Of a DNA stretch of 64,000 bases, positions 53,283 to 61,188 are shown piece after piece. Location of the stretch: assembly GCA_035913415.1 (NCBI GenBank), contig JAMIIV010000199.1:6229-70228 (forward strand). The letters run 5' to 3'. Position numbers and translations under genes: made by a program. Origin of the DNA: Fibrobacteria bacterium (GTDB lineage Bacteria > Fibrobacterota > Fibrobacteria > UBA5070). Under the pieces are notes generated by a model. The model had not been told where the DNA came from, did no database searches, and saw only the letters and a program-made list of their open reading frames with translations. The stretch's first letter is position 1. Every line of letters begins with the position of its first letter.

Positions 53283-53883
53283 GTGAGGCAGGATTGTCGC
53301 CGGACACCCAAAGTGATTCGCCTCGGATGTTGATAAAGAAGCCTGTGGGCTGGTGGTAGCCACCCCATGCGAAGCCGCCTACGAATGGATAGGCAGGAGC
53401 AGTTGCGATCGATGCTGTCGACTGGATGGTCGGTTCGTTGGATCCGCGAAGCGCCCCCAATTCACTCCATGACGATACCCAGTTCCGGCGCGGCCGGCCC
53501 TGGCGCCGCAAAGTGATATGAATGCGTCCGCCGACGAATCCACGTCGGCGGACGCCACCTCCCTCCATGGTTTGCCGCGCGGTCCATCTCGCCCCGGTAG
53601 AAAGTGATCCAAATGTGCTCGCCTGGCCATCGTCGGATCCGCTGCGTCCCCGCACGCACAGCGAGCACCTCAATGAGACGGGGGGTATTGCCGCGTGGAG
53701 CGATCACAAGGAGAATTGGTCCCAATGGATATATCCCCGGGAGGCAAATCGAACCTCGGCGGTTGCCCCACCCCCGATTCGCATCCATGCCGGCCAGCAG
53801 TGGGCTCCGCCCCGACCTATCTTGCTCCCAGGCGACGGGCGGGCGGAAATCGACCGTGCCCTGTCGCATCCAGGAAGCGGATC

Positions 53884-54540
53884 ATGAAGCACGATACAAC
53901 GAATGCCCTGGCCGACACGGTCGTGGTTCTGGACTTCGAGACGACCGGCTTGTCGCCGGATCAAGGGGATCGCGCCATCGAGATCGGAGCGGTGAAGATC
54001 GTCGACGGAGTTTTTGTCGAGCGCTTCCAGAAGCTCATGAATCCCGGCTTCGCGATCAGCGGCTTCATCTCCCAGTATACGGGCATCACCAACGCGATGT
54101 TGAGGGGTGCTGCCCCGTGCCGCGAGGTCATGGCAGAATTCCACGAATTTCTGGGGGATCACAACGTGGTCGCCCACAACGCATCCTTCGATCGGAAGTT
54201 TCTGGATGCGGAATTCTCCAGGATTTCCAGATCGTATGCCGGGAAGTTTTCCTGCTCGATGCTGCTCGCGCGCCGCATGATCCAGGACGCGAGGAACCAC
54301 CAGCTCGAAACCTTGGTCCGGCACCTGAACATCGAAGCCGAAGGGGCTTTCCACCGCGCGCTGTACGATGCGGAAATGGCGGGCAAGATCTGGCTGGCCA
54401 TGCTCGAACGCATTGCCGCACACGCCGAACTCGATGCGGTCCCCTTCGATCTGGCGGAAAAGCTGTGCAAGGCGAGCAAGCCCAATGTGGGGACCCTGCT
54501 CAAGACCTGGGCCTGCTCCCGCAAGGCTGTGGTGGCCTGA
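53884..54540 (+). CDS. DnaQ-like DEDDh 3'-5' exonuclease (DNA pol III epsilon-like domain, standalone).
   Basis: VVLDFETTGL (Exo I), VVAHNASFDRKFL (Exo II), HRALYDAEMAGKIW (Exo III with His-Asp). Confidence 0.75.
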   Translation: MKHDTTNALADTVVVLDFETTGLSPDQGDRAIEIGAVKIVDGVFVERFQKLMNPGFAISGFISQYTGITNAMLRGAAPCREVMAEFHEFLGDHNVVAHNASFDRKFLDAEFSRISRSYAGKFSCSMLLARRMIQDARNHQLETLVRHLNIEAEGAFHRALYDAEMAGKIWLAMLERIAAHAELDAVPFDLAEKLCKASKPNVGTLLKTWACSRKAVVA

Positions 54541-54762
54541 ACCGCGAGCGCGGGGGCAGAAGGCAAAACGAGTCACGTCGATCGCCTCGACGAACCGAGC
54601 CTTCCGGTTCATGCCTCCATGTCACCCTGCACGTGGGGGGGGGAGATGGGGATCCTTCGCGCTGCGAACGAATGGGGAGGGATGGCCGCCCTCGCACCGC
54701 CACGAGGGATGGGAGCGAAGCTACTCTTCCTTTCCTTCCAAGTCGCCCAGTTCCCCACCACG

Positions 54763-55917
54763 ATGGAATTCCCCATGAATTTCCCCCTGCCCCGATGCTC
54801 CCTCTTGGCGCTGCTCGCGGGCTTGGTTTCCGTTCCCACCGATTCTGCCGACATCCAGTTGTCCGGGACGGTCACGGATCTGTCGGGGAGCGTCCTCCCC
54901 GGTGCCGGTGTCGTTCTGGTCGGGGCCGGCAATGCCACGAGCGCCGGCGCGATCGGACGCTGGAGCATCTCCGGAAAGCCGACAGGTATTGTCGCCCAGA
55001 CAAGGACGCCCGCGAGGAAGGTCGCGAGTCACCTCGAGTTGGTGGGAAGCCATCTGCGATTGCGCATGGACGGCGCGGACGCGCTGGGCCGGAAATCCCA
55101 GGGGTTGGTCGGGATGGAGAATGCCGCACCCAACCCCGGAGAAACGGTCGGAGCGCTCCGTGCGGCGGTGCCCGAGGTGCTGGATACCCTGTTGTACTCC
55201 TGGAAAGGAATCGTGCGTGCGCGAGTGGGAATCACATCGCTTGTTGCGGGCGACCTGGGAACGCAAGCGATAGACACTTCGACGGGCTCGTTCAGTCCGG
55301 GTTCCCTGAGTTATGAGGGACAGATCTACAGGACGGTGATGGTCGGGAGTCAGACCTGGATGGCGCAGAACCTGAACTTCAAACCCGCCGGCGCCGATTC
55401 GGGGTGGTGTCCCGGAGCGGAGGGGCAAAAGACGCCGGGAGAGGCCGCGAGTTGTGCCGAATTCGGTCGATTGTACACCTGGGCCACCCTGATGAAACTA
55501 TCCGACACATGCAATTTCAAGGTTTGCGCGAGTCAAGTCCAGGCAAGGCACCAGGGAATCTGTCCAAAGGGTTGGCGCGTGCCGAGTGACGCCGATTGGG
55601 CGATGCTCGTGGCCTTCGTGGAGCGGGATGTACGCGTGGGGAGCGACAACGGAGGGCTCGCGTTGAAATCCACGACAGGATGGATCGATGGCGGCGAAAA
55701 CGGTCTGGATTTCCACGACTTTGGCGGACTGCCAGCGGGCTACCGAGACTCGGACAGCTCATTCTCGAGTGCCGACAGTTACACCCGGTGGTGGAGCGCC
55801 ACCGAGGCCGGCGGCGGCTATGCGTGGCTTCGAGGCTTGAGGTTCTACAGTCCCTATGTCGAGACCGACTTCGTCTATAAAACAGGGGCGCTCTCGGCCC
55901 GTTGCCTGAAGGACTGA
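54763..55917 (+). CDS. Lipoprotein with N-terminal CarboxypepD_reg-like domain and C-terminal FISUMP domain (Fibrobacter succinogenes major paralogous domain, TIGR02145).
   Basis: MEFPMNFPLPRCSLLALLAGLVSV signal. DIQLSGTVTDLSGSVLPGAGVVLVGAGNATSAGAIGRWSISG is a CarboxypepD_reg-like sandwich. The FISUMP hallmarks GQIYRTVMVGSQTWMAQNLNF...GRLYTWA...CPKGWRVPSDADWAML...GYR are present. Confidence 0.7.
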   Translation: MEFPMNFPLPRCSLLALLAGLVSVPTDSADIQLSGTVTDLSGSVLPGAGVVLVGAGNATSAGAIGRWSISGKPTGIVAQTRTPARKVASHLELVGSHLRLRMDGADALGRKSQGLVGMENAAPNPGETVGALRAAVPEVLDTLLYSWKGIVRARVGITSLVAGDLGTQAIDTSTGSFSPGSLSYEGQIYRTVMVGSQTWMAQNLNFKPAGADSGWCPGAEGQKTPGEAASCAEFGRLYTWATLMKLSDTCNFKVCASQVQARHQGICPKGWRVPSDADWAMLVAFVERDVRVGSDNGGLALKSTTGWIDGGENGLDFHDFGGLPAGYRDSDSSFSSADSYTRWWSATEAGGGYAWLRGLRFYSPYVETDFVYKTGALSARCLKD

Positions 55918-56234
55918 GTGCGGCGACCTCCGGCCAGATGGGGGGCGTTTGTGCGATCCGGCAGAATCTCGAGGTGTCGCGGCGCTGCGCGTGCCTGCTT
56001 TGGGCATCGCGAATCCATCCGGCTCCTCCATTGGGGAGGGAATCACGACCCTCGATTCTTCGGAGTTGCGCGACTCGACCACCGGGATAGTCACCACGGC
56101 AATCCTACTGGCTCAACCCATCCTCGACGAATGTGCCAGGAAGGCCCGCCATGCCTGCAGTTCTCTGGGTAGATTGTCGAGCATATCCTCCACTTTCCCA
56201 GGGGTCTCCATTGTTCCACCGGAATCGAATCGCG

Positions 56235-56528
56235 ATGGTCCGCCAGGTCGAATCCTTCGTCCTGGCTCTGTTCGGCCTGCTGTGGGCCACCAACCTCGGT
56301 GGTTGCATGGCGGAGCCCGCGGCCAAATACGGGTGCCCCCCGACCGCCTGCAGTCCCGACGACACCATCGTCGTGAAATATGGCGCGCCCGAGCCTGTGG
56401 ATACCATCCTGGCCAAGTACGGAGCCCCCACGCCTCCCGATTCGATGATCGCGCGCTACGGGATCCCCATGCCGGTGGACACCATCACCGTCAGGTACGG
56501 CGTTCCCGGGACGGGCCCCTCCACTTGA
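56235..56528 (+). CDS. Small lipoprotein with 5 tandem [KR]-Y-G-x-P-x-(P/T)-x-D-(T/S)-(I/M)-x-(A/V) repeats; candidate substrate or precursor of the downstream radical SAM enzyme.
   Basis: MVRQVESFVLALFGLLWATNLGGC lipobox, then AKYGCPPTACSPDDTIVV / KYGAPEPVDTILA / KYGAPTPPDSMIA / RYGIPMPVDTITV / RYGVPGTGPST. The stop TGA overlaps the TTG start candidate of the next gene (TTGA). Confidence 0.5.
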   Translation: MVRQVESFVLALFGLLWATNLGGCMAEPAAKYGCPPTACSPDDTIVVKYGAPEPVDTILAKYGAPTPPDSMIARYGIPMPVDTITVRYGVPGTGPST

Positions 56529-57643
56529 GTTCGGGCGTGCTCGAGCCCTCGCTCGCGCAGAAGCTCGGGCTGGAAGTGTACCGGGCCCATCGCGCGCTCC
56601 AGACGCGTTCGCACCAGTTGCGCTACTTCTTCTGGGAATGCACCCTGCGGTGCAATCTTTCGTGCAGCCATTGCGGGAGCGAGTGCATCACGACAAGCCA
56701 GGTCCCCGACATGCCGCGGGAGGAGTTCCTGGCGGTCCTTGACAAGATCCGTCCCCACATCGATCCCGCGCGCACCCTGATCGTCGTGACGGGAGGCGAG
56801 CCCCTGGTGCGCACGGACCTCGAAGCCTGCGGCGCTGCCTTCCGCGACCGCGGCTTCCCCTGGGGGATGGTCACCAACGGCTGGGCCATGACCGAAGAGC
56901 GCTGGAAGGGACTGGTGGATTCCGGCCTGCGCTCCCTCACCGTGAGTCTCGACGGGCTTGAAGCGACGCACGACGCCTTTCGCCGCCGCAAGGGATCGTG
57001 GAGGCGCGCCGTGCAGGCGCTCTCGTACGCTGCCGCCACCACCGGGCTCACCTTCGACGCCATGACCACCACCACGCCGGCGAGTCTCCCCGAACTGTCC
57101 CGCATCCGTGACATGCTGGTCGAGATGGGCGTCAAAAACTGGCGCCTGGACATGGTCTTCCCCAAGGGACGGGCCGCCTCCGACCCCTCGTTGTTCCTCT
57201 CCGACGCGCAGTACCTGGAAATGCTGGAGTTCATCCGGGTCACGCGCGAGAGCGCCTCCATCCATGTGCAGTGCGGTTGCGACGGATATTTCGGCAAGCT
57301 CGAAGGCCAGGTGCGCGACACCCCGTTCTTCTGCCGGGCCGGCATCAACATCGGATCGGTGTTGTGCGACGGCTCCATCTCGGCGTGTCCCAGCCTGCGC
57401 GCCGATTACATCCAGGGCAACATTCGCACCGATGATTTCCTGGAGGTCTGGAACAACCGGTTCGGCGTGATGCGGGATCGCACCTGGGCCAAAACCGGGG
57501 TTTGCGCCGATTGCGGCGACTGGAAGTACTGCCACGGCAACGGACTCCATTTGCGCGACGAGACGACGGGCGAACTCGCCTTCTGCCACAAGAAGCGTGT
57601 CGAGGCCGCGATGACCTCGGAGGGATGCCCCTCCGGAAGCTGA
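56524..57643 (+). CDS. Radical SAM enzyme with C-terminal SPASM domain (anSME/peptide-maturase type).
   Basis: CNLSCSHCGSE (CxxxCxxC) and GGEPL. C-terminal SPASM cysteines (CGCDGYFG...FFCRAGINIGSVLCDGSISACPSL...CADCGDWKYCHGNGLHL). The start is TTG (about 56524) or GTG (about 56536). Confidence 0.8.
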
Positions 57644-57879
57644 ATTCCGGCCCTCCGCCAGCCGCGCCCCGCCGGTGGTGCGGGTCGCGCCGTTGCAACC
57701 GTTCCAACGGTGATTGGCGGGATCCACACGCCGGGCGCGGTTCCCGGCCCTATCCTGGATGACGTGCCTCCATTGCGGAATCGACCGGCTGCTCCCGCGT
57801 GTCTGTCCGCCCGCGGTGGAGGCTGCTCGCATCCTGCCGGGGGGGAGGAAGACTGGAGCGAGGGGAGGTCGCTTTGCGC

Positions 57880-59178
57880 ATGGCATCACCGAGACCCGGC
57901 CTGGATGGGATGGCGCAGGAGCAGGATGTTGCGGGCGCCGTCCGTGGAAAATGGCTTGCCGTCGCCGAGGAGATGCGGCGGCGCATCGAATCGGGGCGGT
58001 GGAAAAGCGGGTCCCGACTCCCTTCGGTGGGCGAACTCTGCAACGAACTCGCGGTCACGCATCCGACCCTCCGCAAGGCGATGGAACGGTTGGTCGCAGC
58101 CGGGTTGGTGGAGCCGCTGGCGAGGGGATGGCGGGTGGTGTCGCGGGGACGTGCGTCTTCGGGAATGGCGATCGGTCTGCTGCGCCGATGCCTGGACGAC
58201 GGTGTCCCGCTCGTCGAGGCGGATCGGGAAGCCTTCTTCCGGCGGGCCCTGGAGCTCGATGCCTCGCGTCGAGGATTGCGGGTGGAATCGTGGGGAATCG
58301 ACCAAGCCGGCAATCTCTTTCGGGGGCGGCAGCCGTGGACCGGCAGCCTCGGAAAAGCCGTTTCGGGCCTGGTGGTCTCGCTGTGGCACATGCCGGAGCC
58401 GTCCCGGGATCTGTCTTCGCTGCACGGCCTCTCCCTTCCCATGGCCGTATGGGACGAACGCTCCAACGAGGAGGCCCGGCCGGAATTTCCCCGGGTACGA
58501 TGGTTCCGTTCGGGGCTTTCGCAAAAGGCGGGGCTGATCGTCGGGAGGCATCTGATCGAGCAACGACATCGCGGCATCGCCTGGATCAGTCCGTTCCAGG
58601 GAAGCATCTGGTCGAGCCATCGCCAGGCGGGGTTGGCCCAGGCCTGCGCGCAGGCCGTCCCTTCGGTGGTCTTGCATTCCTTCGTGCGGGATGATCGCTG
58701 GGATCCGGTGCAGTACACGCCGGATCCGGAGGTGGCGAGGTTGCTGATGGAACCACTGGTGGCGGCGATCCCTGGTGCGTTGCGTCCCAGTCTGGATGCC
58801 GTGGTCGAGTCGGGTCAGGCCCTGTTGCGCGACCGCGAACTGCTGGGGGCTCTCGATGGACTCTTCGTGAAGGCCCTTCGAAGGCCCGGCCTCACGGCTT
58901 GGGTGTGCGCCAACGACGACATCGCCAGGATCGCATGGAACTGGCTGGACGGTCGCGGAATCGTGGTCGGGCGCGACCTGGCGCTTGTGGGATTCGACAA
59001 CACCCTATCGGCCCAGTGTGCGGGTCTCACCAGCATGAGCTTCCTCGAGGACGATCTCGCCTCGGGCATGGTGTCCTACCTGCTCGATCCTGGGCATTGG
59101 TGCTCCAACGGCGTGGTCTCGCTGATCGGTTCGCTGGTCGTGCGAGGCTCCACCTGGACTCCGCGCCCGGTCGGGTGA
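57880..59178 (+). CDS. GntR-family HTH regulator fused to a periplasmic-binding-protein-like (LacI-type sugar-binding) effector domain.
   Basis: KSGSRLPSVGELCNELAVTHPTLRKAMERLVAAGLVE is a GntR wHTH. A C-terminal PBP type-1 fold follows (VGFDNTLSAQCAGLTSMSF...). The start is MASPRPG or MAQEQD. Confidence 0.65.
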   Translation: MASPRPGLDGMAQEQDVAGAVRGKWLAVAEEMRRRIESGRWKSGSRLPSVGELCNELAVTHPTLRKAMERLVAAGLVEPLARGWRVVSRGRASSGMAIGLLRRCLDDGVPLVEADREAFFRRALELDASRRGLRVESWGIDQAGNLFRGRQPWTGSLGKAVSGLVVSLWHMPEPSRDLSSLHGLSLPMAVWDERSNEEARPEFPRVRWFRSGLSQKAGLIVGRHLIEQRHRGIAWISPFQGSIWSSHRQAGLAQACAQAVPSVVLHSFVRDDRWDPVQYTPDPEVARLLMEPLVAAIPGALRPSLDAVVESGQALLRDRELLGALDGLFVKALRRPGLTAWVCANDDIARIAWNWLDGRGIVVGRDLALVGFDNTLSAQCAGLTSMSFLEDDLASGMVSYLLDPGHWCSNGVVSLIGSLVVRGSTWTPRPVG

Positions 59179-59303
59179 GCCTCAGGTGGTCGAGCCTGTC
59201 CCGGTGGTCGAGCCTGTCGAGACCATTGCGGCGGGTCTCGACGAGCTCGACCACTGGATTCGCTTGGCGCCGGACGCTGACGGGCGCCAGCACGCAGGCT
59301 CGG

Positions 59304-60905
59304 TCAGAATCCGACAGGAACTCGGAGCGGGGCGGATCCGGGAATTTCCAGGATGGCGAATCCGGGATGGTCGGGGAGGGTGAAGCGCACTTGGCCCGAG
59401 TGAACCGGGCTCGAGGCGAGCAAGATTCCCGAGGGAGAGCGCAAGCGGGCCACACCTGGCCTAAGGCCCGACACGACCAACGTGCCGTTTGTGGTCATCC
59501 AGGTCGGTGCTGCCGGATTCCGGGGTGCGACGGCCAGAGGGATTCCTCTCACCGAGATGGCATCGATGTTGAACAGTCCGATTCCCGATCCGCTGAACTC
59601 CAGGCGCAGGGCGTGGGTGCCTGGGGTGATCGGGAAACGGATGCCCGCCTGGGTGGACCAATTGTCCCAACCCGAGGTTCCGCCGATGGACGACTTGCCG
59701 ATTTCCTTCTCGTCCAGGACCCAGCGGATGTCGCCTCCGGAATTCTGGCTGGCGGCGCTCACCTCGGCATCGAGGACAAGATCGGATGTGGCGCGAACCA
59801 TCCACGTCGCCGACGTCTTGTCGTCGATGAACGCAAGGTGCAGTCCCGATCCGTTCGCGTCGGGCTCCGTGCGCGCGCCGACCGTGCGGAAGGGTTTGCC
59901 TCCGTCGATGGTGCCGGGGAGAGGGAACGTGTCGACCTTGACCACGATGTCGTCGTACCATGCGTTGCGTTTGCGAAGCTCGTCCCGCAGCAGCGTGCCC
60001 GAGGCGCTCAGGTTGCCCGCAGCCCAAGCGCCCGAACTGGAGGCGCCTCCGTTGAGAGCCGAACAGGTCTCGGCCTTGTCGGCGATCGACCAGTTCGCCC
60101 ACGAGATGCCGCGCTGGTCCATCCACGCGAGCCAGTCGGCGGTTTCGGAGTAGCCGAGCCGACCGTCGCCGGTGGACTCGCAGGTTCCCCACTCGGTGGC
60201 GAACAGCGCGATGCCGTCGCGCATGGCGGCGTCGGCGCGGTCCCGGAGCCATTGTCCATGCGAGGCCGCGTAGAAGTGCAGCGTGTAGGCGATGTTGGTG
60301 CCGGGCACGGGATCTGCGGCGGGTTTGTCGACGGCCGACGACCAGTCGGGATTGCCCACGATGATCAGGTTGTCCGGGTCGACCTCGCGGATGGCGCGGG
60401 AGACGGCGGTGGCGTAGTCCTTGATGCGCCACCATTCCTGCTTGACGGGCTCGTTGTAGATCTCCCATATGACGTTGGGGTGGGAGCCGTAGTCGCGGGC
60501 CATGCGCTGGAAGAAGTCGACGGCCTGGGCCTGGTGGTCGACGGCATTGTGGTCGTGCCAATCGACGATCACGTAGATTCCCCGGGCGATGGCCGCGTCG
60601 ACCACCTTGCGGACCCGGGCTTCCTGCACGGCGCCCGTCTCGAGGTAGCCGCCCTCCTCGACCGCCATCGCGGCGCGTACCACCGAGACCTTCCAGTCGT
60701 CGGCCAGCCAGTCGATCACTTTCGCATTCCAGTACTTGCTGATCCACTGGCTCCAGAACAGGCTCATGCCCGACAGTTTGGCGGGTTCGCCGTTCTTGTT
60801 CACGACCTTGCTGCCCTGGACGGACAGTGAACCGTGGATGTCCACGGGGGTCGCCGCACTTGCGGCCGCAACCATCGTCGCCATTGCGATCCAGATCTTC
60901 TTCAT
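59304..60905 (-). CDS. GH5 glycoside hydrolase (endoglucanase-like) with CBM6/35-like beta-sandwich and T9SS-CTD-like tail.
   Basis: Signal MKKIWIAMATMVAAASA. GH5 catalytic motifs IWEIYNEP (acid/base) and FATEWGT (nucleophile). C-terminal ...LRSPSGILLASSPVHSGQVRFTLPDHPGFAILEIPGS. Confidence 0.8.
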   Translation of the reverse strand: MKKIWIAMATMVAAASAATPVDIHGSLSVQGSKVVNKNGEPAKLSGMSLFWSQWISKYWNAKVIDWLADDWKVSVVRAAMAVEEGGYLETGAVQEARVRKVVDAAIARGIYVIVDWHDHNAVDHQAQAVDFFQRMARDYGSHPNVIWEIYNEPVKQEWWRIKDYATAVSRAIREVDPDNLIIVGNPDWSSAVDKPAADPVPGTNIAYTLHFYAASHGQWLRDRADAAMRDGIALFATEWGTCESTGDGRLGYSETADWLAWMDQRGISWANWSIADKAETCSALNGGASSSGAWAAGNLSASGTLLRDELRKRNAWYDDIVVKVDTFPLPGTIDGGKPFRTVGARTEPDANGSGLHLAFIDDKTSATWMVRATSDLVLDAEVSAASQNSGGDIRWVLDEKEIGKSSIGGTSGWDNWSTQAGIRFPITPGTHALRLEFSGSGIGLFNIDAISVRGIPLAVAPRNPAAPTWMTTNGTLVVSGLRPGVARLRSPSGILLASSPVHSGQVRFTLPDHPGFAILEIPGSAPLRVPVGF

Positions 60906-61188
60906 CGGTGAGTCCTCCAGCAGTGGGTGCCTTCGCGGGAACCAACGCAGTGGGTTCCCTCGTGCAGAGTTTGTCGCCGAACGAACGCTGGAAGCGGATC
61001 GATTTGGAGCAAACGAGAAAGGCTCCGGCGAGGGTGGACGAGGCGGTTGGTACGGGAATGTGAAAACGAGAAAGGACGCCGCTGAGGCTTGTGGAACCGC
61101 CGTCGCGACGCGCACTTCGTCGATAGGTTCCCTCTTCGCTCCCGCGTCGTACGGACGACGGTGGGCATCGGACGAAAGGGGATTCGAG

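Noticed and set aside
53278-53673. 131-aa minus-strand ORF in the CRISPR trailer
   Set aside because: No start context and no homology-like features; the N-terminal half is Arg/Gly-rich. It is kept only as a remote possibility of a small-protein gene in the long trailer.
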